Shown: positions 27,801 to 39,800 of the stretch, one piece after another
How the letters are laid out: each line of letters starts with the position of its first letter
Position numbering within the stretch: position 1 is the first letter of the stretch
NCBI GenBank assembly: GCA_002633005.1
Contig: NMRA01000013.1
Coordinates: forward strand, 106,033 to 170,032
DNA length: 64,000 nt
Origin: Phoronis australis
Taxonomy: Eukaryota > Animalia > Phoronida
Reading direction: 5' to 3'
Translations under genes and position numbers: made by a program
Notes under the pieces: generated by a model
Told to the model about the DNA's origin: nothing
The model's database searches: none
Seen by the model: the letters and a program-made list of their open reading frames with translations, nothing else

Positions 27801-30800
27801 TATTAGTAAAACTGGAGTGAACTCATTGAGACTTAGTAAAACTGGAATGCATTCATTAACTAAAGGTTAGTAAAACTGGAGTGAATTCATTGAGACTTAG
27901 TAAAACTGGAATGCATTCATTAACAAAAGGTTAGTAAAACTGGAGGGTGACTGGAGTGTGATCATTAACGTTTTAGAAAAACTGGAGTGAGGTTAGTGAA
28001 ACTGGAGTAACGTTTACTTAGTGAAACTGGAGTGAGTTCATTAAAGTGGAACTTGCACAATAATTCCTTATCTCTGTGATTGCTTGGTCAAATTAGTTAG
28101 AAACACAACATGGCGATGTGAATATGAAGTATGTTGAAAATTGCCAAATGTTTTTAAGAATGAGTTTTATGTAGAAAATGAGACACCTTAAATCACTCAG
28201 GAGCCTGCAAAAACATCTTTAAGGTTTATTTTAGTAAAACTGGAATGTGCATGACGTGCTGTTTGTTATGCCTTACCTCAACCCACTCCCTCGATCCAAT
28301 GCGTCCAAATTTTTCAGCATCGAAACTTGCAAATATTATGGTTCGCCTAGGGCGCCAACCTGAGAAATAAAGGACAGTGAACTGATAAACATGTTAGATT
28401 GCAGGCAGACAACACTATGAAAATAACATTGTAAAACACAATGACAATTTCTAATCATGTGACCATTCTACACTCTGACCCCATACTGGATAAGGTTAGT
28501 AATCTAATAATGCTCAGAAAATTGTTGAATACTAATTAAAATATAACCACTAACATTCAACATTGTTATGTGAAATGACATAACAAACTAACCACATCAA
28601 CTGCATTTTATTAATTTATCCTTAACGCTGTGCTGCAAAAGTAAAGCCATTAGATCATCAAGTCATCTTTCACTAAAAATCTTCAAGTGGATTTGAGTAG
28701 AAGCTATAGCAACTCTTAGAAACTGACTCCTGCAAGTTAATGGCAATGAATGTACTCAAAATACGACACTTGTCTTCACCGTAAACCGACTCCTTGAATT
28801 ACATGACTGTGACTACAAATACAGAGAAAATGACAAGGGGCGTCTTCATCCATAATAAAATGGCTACTCAGCAGATTGAGTCTTTAACTTTAAAGTGCTT
28901 TAACAAGACAGAGTGAGCCAAATGTTACACAAATTGTCTATGGACACAAAAGCCACAATCGAATTCAGCTACGGTCTTCTCAGTAGTAACACACAATTCT
29001 TTAAGTGGTTTCATTGGTAGATAGGGAGATAGATTCAAAAATGGTTTCAAGGATATGCAGGATACAGTCAACTCCCTCCGAAATGGGTACACCTCGTCAT
29101 CTCTTTAATGGAGCATTAACCTATTTGCCAAGTTTCATGAAAATCCATCATGACACTTTGAAAACACAGAAGAAAAGGAAAGAAATAAAATTGCCACTAC
29201 TAGGGGGCTCAGTGGTAGTCGCATAGGTCTGACAGACGTTGTCTCCTATCATCAGCTTCATGGGAACACATATGCCAAAATTCAAGAAGATCCCACCAGA
29301 CAACAGGAGATACAGTAGCCAGCTCTGGACAAACAGACGGAGATGACAACAATATTCAAGCACACGATCCTAAATAGGCGAGTGCATAATAAGGAATCAG
29401 TGCCAATTTCTTGCAAAACTATGGCAAGTTCAACCAACTTAGGTACTTTATATCCAAACACACACTCTGGGTGCAATTTTGGAAAATTTTGCTAGTAGAT
29501 GTCCACAGGGTGGAAATTACATTACCTTCTTTGGTGACCATTTCTCCAAACACTCTAGATAGCTCCATGAGGATAGATAGTCCACTGCCAGGATCAATGG
29601 CACCATATGTCCACGAGTCATGATGGGAACCAACAATAACATAGCGATCTGAAAAGACAATGCTTGAAGAATAAGGTCAAGGACAACTGAACAAGTAGAA
29701 CTTGACGTGACTGAGGTCAATGGAAATGCATTTAGACAACGAAAAATCAAAAGAGCTCGTTTGAAGGATATCTTGAAGTTGAAACTTGTTCTGTGAAGAA
29801 ATCATAGATTGTGGCAGTAGTCTTGGATTTAGTAGTTTTAGAGACCTGAAAATGGCTCATTTATTTACTAGACTATTGTCGATGAGGTCAAGGTACAATT
29901 GCAGACTTGCAATTGAATCGATTTAACGATTGCACATGTCTGGAAATTAGGGCGCGCAAAGCCTATTGGGATTGATGTACGTATGCGGAATGGCCGATTG
30001 GTTAGCGCGTGCTACATAACGTATCGGCTGTCATTGAAGACATTTAGTCGGGAACTATCTATTCATGAAACGGGTAACATAGCATCGGCAAGAAATTTAT
30101 TGGCACTAATTTCTGAAAGTTTCTAAAACTGTAGAAAACTTTTGCACTTTTAAGAGAAATTAATAATTAATCATAACTGGTGTATTCCAAGTCAAAATGA
30201 CCCACTGATAGTGAACACATTCGCACCCTTACACCCCGAATATACCGGAAAATAACTGTTACACTACGGTTACGCATCCAGTCACCCGGCGACTCAGTGA
30301 CATATCGGTCTTACCGAGACAATTCTTGAACGTTTTTTAGCACATGAGGCCAGCAAGTGCTAAATATTAAAACACGTTCTGCTTTACTATTAGAGTTAAT
30401 GTCTTTGGTTACAATGCACACCTAGATTGTTACATTGCATTTACTCCTGGCAAATGAACTCTGATGACAAGCACACGCACGCTTACTCTAACATAAACGC
30501 AGATAAACTTCAAAACAAACGTCACGTGATAACAACATGTGTGTTCCTCCATAGATTTTTCTCATGTTGCGGGCTACGATTTAGCCCAGATTTGACTTAA
30601 TCTGAAGTTAATCAAGACTCCGCAAGAACTTAAAAATCTTAGAGACGCTATTTGGAAAACTTAAGGAGTCGAAACTATTCTTATCCAAGAATTCAAGTTG
30701 CCCTATTGACAATTGCAAGGCAGCTACGCATCTGTCGGCGAGATTTGCCCTGGGATTTCAGCACAATTTTCTCAAAAATGAACGTAATTTAGTCGACAGA

Positions 30801-33800
30801 ACAGGTGATTGTGCAGTGGCATCCCCAAATTGCTCAGATCGGCTTAGTTCTGGTCAAGCGAAAACAGGTTTTTCTTCACTACCCTCTGCCATGGAGTATT
30901 TGTTGCTGTTTCTTTCAAAGGAAATATTGTAGGGCATTTTCTATGACTCAGTTTCTTGTCACCCTCAAAATGAGTACTGCATACTTTATGCCACAAAGTC
31001 GAAAAGAACGTTCACTAAATCGTCCTTTGCTACAAGTACTACCGATGTTTCTCACCCATTTTTTACGCAGTTCTTGATCTTTGGGAAACAGGTAGTAACT
31101 AAATTCTTTATCTCGTTAACTGTTATTATAGCAGCCAGGCACACAACACCTATAACCTCCCCATGGCCGGTTTGCCCGCACGCTTGCCGACGTACTTGTT
31201 TACTGAATCATACCGCCATAACAACAATGCAACACTGACCCATTTCCAATATGGTGGCATTGCAACTGCTATTGGAAGAATGGTAACAAGAGAACAAACT
31301 GATACGGTTGGAATATGATCAGTGATGGGGTATCAGTGATGGGGTATGATTAGTGATGGGGTATGAACAGTGATGGGTATGATCATCAATGGAATATGGT
31401 CAGAGATGGACATGATCAGTGAAGAGTATGATCAGTGATGGGAGGTATGGTCATGACGGGGTATGGTCAGTGACGGGGTATGGTCAGTGATGAGGTATGG
31501 TCAGTGACGGGGTATTGTCAGTGACGGGTACGATCAGTGACGGGTACGATCAGTGACGGGTACAATCAGTGATAGGGTATGGTCAGTGACGGGGTATGAT
31601 TAGTGATGGGGTATGGTCAGTGAAGGGGTATGGTCAGTCATGGGATATGGTTAGTCATGGGGCATGATCAGTGATGCGGTATGGTCAGTGATCAGGTAAG
31701 ATCAGAGATGGGGTAAGACCAGTGATGGGATATGATCAGTGATGTGGTATAGCCAGAGATGGGGTATGGTCAGTCATGGGGTATGATAAGTGATGCGGCC
31801 TGGTCAGTGATTGGGTATGATCAGAGATGGGGTATGCTTATTGATGCGTAGGTTCAGAACATTGGTGAGATCATTTTCCACTAGTCATAGATTGATAGAT
31901 TGTGACATCTTGAGAAATCTTGCATGACCTTGGAAAACAGGCCAGGTAATCGACGTCTTAAGTTAATGTACTGAACAGAAAAATTTAAATTAATAGGTAA
32001 CAACCAGTAAGAAGTCAAACGTAACAAAAAATCACTTAAAAATCCATTAATAAACTACCTGGCTCCTCACTACCCTTCAGCATGCCAAAGACGTTGATGA
32101 TTTTCTTCAACTGTAGCTTATTATTGACATTCAGTTCAACTGTCCTGCAACGTACAGATAAAGGGAAGGTTGGAAGCATATCGAGGATGTTTTACAACGA
32201 AACTGGTAAAAAATATCCACATCAATTTTTTAATGTATTCCTTTTGTCATACAATAAATATTGATATTTAATCGTCCAAGTTAAAACAAATTACATGACA
32301 TTCGTAATTAATTTAATAAAATAAGCCGATTTTTGAATTTTAATGAAGTCAACATCTTAAATAAAAAATTTACGTTATGAGCAAGAACAAGGTGCAGTAT
32401 AAAAATAGAATCATATAATCACTCAACAATTCTTTTTCCCATGACTTTTCGATACAATGACATTCAGAAAATCTTCAGCTATATCCAAATCACAATTAAG
32501 CCTTGATGACATTAGCCATAAACAGGTTTATAATTTATAACTCTATCAAGAGGAAGTGCTGTTAGCGAAGTTTTATTACGCCTTTGAAATTTACCATCCT
32601 TCGCGGTCTCCATAGTAACCAGGTCCTAAGTTGTAGACACCCGGGTCGTTTGGCAGATTCCCTTTCCATAGGCCTGAAGTAGGGGTTTCATGCCCAGGCC
32701 CAGCCTTCATGAACCTATGGTGTTGTGAACAGGGCAATTATGAGACAGTGAACATGTTATTAATTTAATTATCAAGCCATATGCAGGAAGGTGCATCCAT
32801 ATTGTGGCAATTTCCATCAATTTCACTGTATAAAACAGAGCATTTTAACTTTAAATTTACACTGTAATGCAGTTGGAAGGATCATTAGTACACAAAATTA
32901 TACCCTACCTTTTCCTGCAGTTTCAAAGTTAAGATATTGTAAGGTACATCCTGTATGTTACAGTATGTTTCCAGTTTACAACTGTCTCATTTTTGACCAG
33001 ATGCTCCTGCTTTAGACAACAATAATAAAGTTCCTTCCGCTTTTGACAAGGAAGTCCAGCTTCCCTGATTGGGACTGTGTCCCACCACCAATCGCAGTCA
33101 ATGTACTGCTTTTCACTCAGCAGAGTATCTCTTCAATAATCTGCAAGTGTTTCACTTCCAGGTAAAACCAGTCATTTTTTATAATCAACAACTTTGACAT
33201 CAGATGCTGCATTGGACAGGCACGAGATGATGAGCCATAAATAAAAACCAAAAAAAATTCTCAAGAATAGGAGAAAACAAGTTAAAGTATAAACATCTAA
33301 AAAGATGTAGAATACCGTAAGAGTCATTGATATCACTGCTTACTTCATGATCTTGCGTACTGACCCCCAGGAGACGCCCTGCACAGGTATCCTGGGTAGG
33401 TCAGCATCCTTCACATTAATGCCATACATGTCTTCAGGAAAACGCTTCAGGTCCATAGGGTCGTTATGAGGATTATCCTCAGCACCTACATAATGCAAGT
33501 CACAAATCAAAGTCAGTTTGATATCACGGACTTCCATTAAATTGACAAAACCTCTTTGTTATTCAGAGCACAAACTTAAATTAAATGTGGTTCAATCTTT
33601 CATCATTTATATTGTTCCAGGCAATTTCTTTTTCATCTCTCTTGTTTTCATTTCTTAACATCAAGTGAGACTTTACAACACTTTAATACCATGATTCAAG
33701 TAAGGTTAAAATATTCATTGAAGTACTGTGAGATAATTTAAAACAACTAATATTTTCATCATCATTTTGATAAATTGAAGAAAGCTAATGAAACGTAAAA

Positions 33801-36800
33801 TTATGCCCTGAAATGCATCATGAAATCAGAGTCTGGAAAAGTTCTCATCTGAGTTGCCTACATCTACATCACAGCAGGTGTCTCTTCCTGATCACACTTA
33901 TGACAAAAATCAAAGAAAACCAGAAAAAAAATGATCAATTTATAGCTATTTTTCTCCATAACTTCAAAGAAACCATAAAATGTTTCATGGCTATGACATT
34001 AAACCTAACTTAATGCTTATTAAGGTTTGCACTTGATTTCTGTGCTTTGGAAAAAGTGATCGTTGCTAGAGGACATGCCTGCTGCTAGGCACACTGCGTC
34101 AAGTCCAATTAATGAGCAAACAGTCCTTCCCAAAGCCAGAAATCACTTCTAATCAGAGTAAGAGAGAAGTTATCCAGATTTCTTTTTGGCAGGAGGCACA
34201 TCCATTGCAGATCTATTTTTTTACTTAAATTTATTGAAATACGCAAACATTAATAACAATTAGTATTAAATCATCCATTCACCGATTAACGGATTCAGAA
34301 CAAATTATTACCAGAGAGAGCAGGCAAATCGGGGGTCAAAGGATCACCAAAGTCTAGCCTTCCCACAGTTCCCCACTGACGTCTGTTGCTGGGCAACCAC
34401 CAGGTGTTGGGGTAAGGTCCCAGATGGTGTGTGTCCAGTGCATAGTCATGGGGATCAGGGTAAGTGATGATGCCCAGGGCTCCATATTGCTCAGCAAGCC
34501 TCACCTAAATAAAATAAAGTGAGTGACAGTAACTGTAATTAAAGGAGCATGCCACCCAAAAAACAACCTAATTTGTATCAATTTAGATCGAGTAGTTCTA
34601 CTCGATAACAGCACGTACGGTTGCGTTACCTGACAGCACGTCCGGTTGCGTTACCTGACACCTGACGGCAGACGGAGGTGTTGAAATTATCCAATGAATC
34701 AGATGTAATTGGTTTCACACGTAGTCTGTTCAGCAGTTCACAACACGGGTTATTGGTGACAGCTTATCACTTGAATTCATCGTTTAACACCAATAAATCA
34801 CCAAACTTCGATGTAAAACCATTAAAAATACACCGAGTTCTTATAAAAACATGTTGTTTTATTTCGCTGTTACGGATTTACTGGTATTTGGACACACTGT
34901 AGCCTACGAAGTTCGGCAGGCCAATTTACCAAGGTCGGTAGCACTGAGTAGTTTGGGGGATGTTCGGAGATAAATTCCATGAAATACAGACAGGAGAACC
35001 TGGATCTGTGTTGTTATACTTGTGATTTTTGAGTTCTAAACACACAAAATGCTTGTTATCCCAGCCAGTGGCTCGGACCCCAATCAGGCCCGTCGCGGCC
35101 GGGGCTGACTCGTTATCCCTATCGAGTGGCTCGAAACCCGATCAGGCCCAAAGTTGTACAGTAACAATGATTTGAATAATGTATTATTTTGTATTTCTAC
35201 ATAAAGATTCCCCTAACATGTAACCATAGCATATAAAATCGAGTAATTGTTTCACAACAGCTTTCTGTCAGCAAACACTGAATTAGCATGCACTCACACG
35301 GCCTCAGTGCCCGGTCAATTACCTTCGTTTTCAGCATTAAAAGCAGGCAACGCAATGGTTTATTCATTTTTGGCTTCTCAAAACATTTGCACTCACGAGC
35401 ACTCCAAGGCATTACAAATTGTATCTAATGAGACAGACTTTGTTTCAGTTTCATATAAGCATGGGTTAGGATGAGAATAATTCATTTTGAAACAGAACGC
35501 AGAATAATAAATGTCTACTAATAAACGGCAACTCGCCCCGCGCCAATCCCGACTTAGTCAAGAGCTCAGGCGACGAAGACTTCACGGGTCGGATTGTTAA
35601 GTTTCACAGGCTATCAGTTCGAACCGGAATACACTGATCAAAAAATACTAGAAAGGCACCGTGAACACATGCACAGGCAGTGGAACGTATGGATAGCTCC
35701 TTGGTTAGCCGGAATTCGTCAGAGGGAAATCACTGTCGACGAAATGTCGGCCACGGATTCGCAGATGTTTCATGGCCTCATACTTGCTATTAACAGCCTA
35801 CCTTTCATTTTTCACTACCGCGAGCCACTTCCTAAGGATTTCTGGCAGTCAAGGAAGTCGAAAAAACGATACACCCGCTTTCTTCGCAGCTTCATAGTTC
35901 GGACAAGCGGGAATGATGCACCGTAATATAGCGGCATTCACTCTACAGACGAACCACTGACGTCACTGCGTCGTTTCTTACCTTTCTCACAGGTTAACGC
36001 GACACCTCTCAGCAAGGTGAGGTCGATTGTATAAGAGGCGATGTGGATATAGACCGATTAAGATGGTAAAATAGACTAATTAAATCGGGTGGCATTCTCC
36101 TTTAATGTCTACACTTTTGTTTGTAATAGAATTTATTAACCACTGAGTAGAAAGTAAACATAGTAAAGTACCATTTGTATGACCACGGAACGTTTCTGCA
36201 ACTGTCACATTGATCAACTAATTACTTTTAGGATTGTCACATTGATACTTTCAAGTGGCATTGATAATGGAATGCATTTTAAGTTGACTGGGCAAAACAA
36301 GTACACCGCAAAACCATTCTATTTGGGAAATCGCTCCCCATGCGGAACAATTCTGCATACAGAATGGTTCCGGAACTGTCACATTGATCAATTAATTACT
36401 ATTAGGATTGTCACATTGATACTCTAAAGTGGTATTGATTACGGAATGCATTTTAACTTTATTGGACATGAGAATTAAAAAAAATTGAGTGCTCCAAAAA
36501 ACTATTCTGTCTGCGGAACCGTTCCGCCTGTGGAACTATTCTGCAACCATCACATTGATTAATTATTGAGAATGGGCACAATACTTTCAAGTACTATTGA
36601 GAATGGAACGTAATTCAGGTTTATTGGGCCAGGAGAAAATTAAAAATTTTAGTCCTTTGTTACACTTTTCTGTTTGTGGATCCCTTCTGCAACTGTCACA
36701 TTGATTTTTCAACATAAACTATTATTTTGATTATTATTCCACAAAATATACATAATATTTCGCAAGTCACAGTATTCCACAAAACTTGCGCAGTATTCTG

Positions 36801-39800
36801 CAAGTGCGTAATATTCCGCAAAATCTGCGTAATATTCCGCAAAATCTGCGTAATATTCCGCAAAATGTGCGTAATATTCTGCAAAATGTGTGTAATATTC
36901 CGCAAAATCAGCGAAATATTCCGCAAATTTTGAACCATTCCGCACACTCTGAGACTAAATAAGATCCATTTGAAAAAAATCGCCTTAACCATAAAAAGAA
37001 TAGGAGAGTTAACAGACTTTTTGTTACAACTCAATTTTTATGACAATCACATAATTGAATGAAATAATTTGAATTCCCAAAGTAAAAGTCACATATTTAC
37101 CTAAACAGTTCTCAATACACCTTTAATTGAGAAATCAAACATTTGTCTCAACAAAGGCAATGCACAGCCTTGATACGTCCAACAGTAAGACATGCCCGTA
37201 ATCTTTAACACACCGACTAGGAGTAACAAAACAGGTAAATAATTTCACAGACATTACTGAGAGAGCAAGGTGGGCATCAGAAAATGCCACCAGAGGGCGC
37301 AACACTAAAAGGACTAAGCTGAGAATTGACTGGTGCCATCTTGATTTTCACTTTCCACACCAATTGATTGGTTTGGTAGATATCAACAACATGCATCATT
37401 CTATTTTTATTTACAAGCAGGCACATTTAAAAAATCAATGCTTTTATTCAACTGCATAAACAGTCTTAGAAAAGCAGCAATGTTCCAGCTTGTTCCTAGT
37501 TAAATATGTTATCTGAAGCATACCGTGTCACCAAGGAATGTTGCACCCTGCTTGATAATCAGAATCTTTCCCGTATAGTTGACGTTTCTCTTGTCTAGTA
37601 ACTTGAAGTCTTCCTCGCGACCATAGTTCACAAACACAGGCTCCCCCTACAGGCCAGAAACAGACAGTGCAGGATTCAGGAACAAAACAACGACTGGTGG
37701 AAGAACAAATAGTGAGCTCATCAGATGCATCCCCCAAAAACTCTATACACACCGGTTACTTTTGGTGCATTCACACTTTAGTCTCCACTTCATCAGTGTC
37801 CAGAAAGAAATTCCCCGGCAAAGTTTGCTAAGATACAAATTTTAAAAGTACACTAGCTACGAAATATCTTATCTCATAAATGGCGGATCAGATACAGACA
37901 AATATTTCACGTACTATGGTTTATACACTGTTCCCCAAAACGCTGTTAATTACTTTCCCCCTTCAAAATGTTCCACTTTTGCAAGTAACTAGGATTGCCA
38001 TGATTCTTATGGAAAAATTCAGATGCTGCCCTTCAAAAGCTGCATAAAACAAATGCAAAATATTTTAGAATTACTGTAACGATGTTTCTGAGAGATCATC
38101 TTGGACATTTATACCAAATAAAATTTCATTGGTAATGTTACAGACACCACTGATTTGTGGTAGAATGCTTTCTTCAAAATTTATATATTAAAAAGATAAT
38201 ATTGTCACATAATGCAATGAGTGACAGATTGGTTTGAAGATAAAATCAAAGTCTAGGCTTTCTACTTTCAGAAAATATACTTCAACAAACTTATCTTAAA
38301 ATATCTAGTCTGTAGAAATGTAGCTAAATGCAGACTTGGTGATAAGGGCCTACATAACCTTAAATCTGATCAAACTTGTGATTAAACAATAACACGGATG
38401 CTTCCACTGGGAAACATTCAAAGTGGCCTAGAAATATGAACTGTAGTTCGTTCAATGCAAGGTAACATTCTGTTCAATGCAAGATTACATTCTGTTCAAT
38501 GCAAGATTATATTCTGCAATAAAACAAGCTTCAAAAAACTTTTATAATTTAACTTACTTTCCTATGCTCACGAGCCAAAGAAGATAGATAAGACAGACTA
38601 GATTAAAAACCAAGATGAAGTTTACACTGAAGAATAAGGACACTTGGCTGCATCGCAATTATTTGACAGCTTAACGAAGCAAGGTGCTGTTTAACTAAAA
38701 TGCTGTAACTTTCAGGTCTTTCTCATCTGAATTTTATAAACCATACGTAATAAAATCTAAAACAGTCATAAGTACTTGGTTACAGAAAGTACTAGACAAG
38801 TCAGATCTACAACAAAAATGTTTTAAGCTTTCCCTTCAGAGAAACAGTCCTTCGATTTCAAACCTACCTTAACTTTAGCTGTAGGAGCATATGCGTTAAA
38901 CGCCCTGAGCGTGTCATGCTTAGCAGCACTGTTCTCCAGGAGGTCAGAACTGTCCCTGTTCTCAATCGTCACATTTGTCACATTGTTCTTGTCGTAGAGG
39001 ATGACAGTGTTGAGATCATTGCAGTACCTGCGAAAGCAAAGATTGCCACTATGTAAAGAGGATGAGATAGAGCACACTTCCTGAATATCTTGGTGAACAG
39101 GTGGTGTTGCCTACAGGATGGCTGGAGGACGAGTCTGGAAAGCTGATATGGCTGGTTACTCTTGCCATGCACCAGACGTCTATGCGAGCTGCTTAGTTTG
39201 TGGTGGCCTGTTTGAAGAAAGCTTCTTAATAAAACCTTGGAATCAGTTTAATGCATATTTAATGAATGACATAATCTGCAGCAGAATAAATGACTAGTAG
39301 TCAAATTCACTGTCCTGATTTTCGAATTTGATGCAGGTGAGCCAAACTCGCCATGTCAGAATCTAAACTCATCACAGCAACAAGTCACGTTATGGAGAAC
39401 ACAGCATAGTGCAGTAAATATTGATTTGGCAAGAAGATGAAATATACCTGGCAGTGACGTCAATGACGTTGATGAAAAGAACAAAAACAAAAATTCACTG
39501 ATCAAGGAATGATGAGTACAATACAATGAATTTATGATGGAAAAGATGATATTTATGCATCAATAACCAGTGTTTGCCTTGTAATACATTACTGTCATGA
39601 CAAGCCAACATTTTAGTGAGATTGTCAGTAATTCATTTCTCATTATGGAATATATATATAGGTAAATAAAACAACAATAATGGATCAACTGAAATTTTGG
39701 GATATAATATCATCCTTTGTCAACAGAAACAGCAATAAAGTAAACTCAAACAACATATGACAAATGACATCTGATATTTGGCATAATGAACATGGGTCGC

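Noticed and set aside
31312-31845. Regular short repeats resembling a CRISPR array
   Set aside because: Head-to-tail degenerate units without unique spacers, in a eukaryotic intron with no cas genes.
35197-35412. Cys-rich minus-strand ORF ([10 protein letters not shown]...) as a P2X7-ballast zinc cluster
   Set aside because: Only a superficial ECxC match, and on the opposite strand from the YQFEPE motif.
36696-37034. ORFs with heptad repeats (AEYYADF / LRNITQI)
   Set aside because: By-product of a 21-bp intronic tandem repeat open in several frames and on both strands; no splice context.
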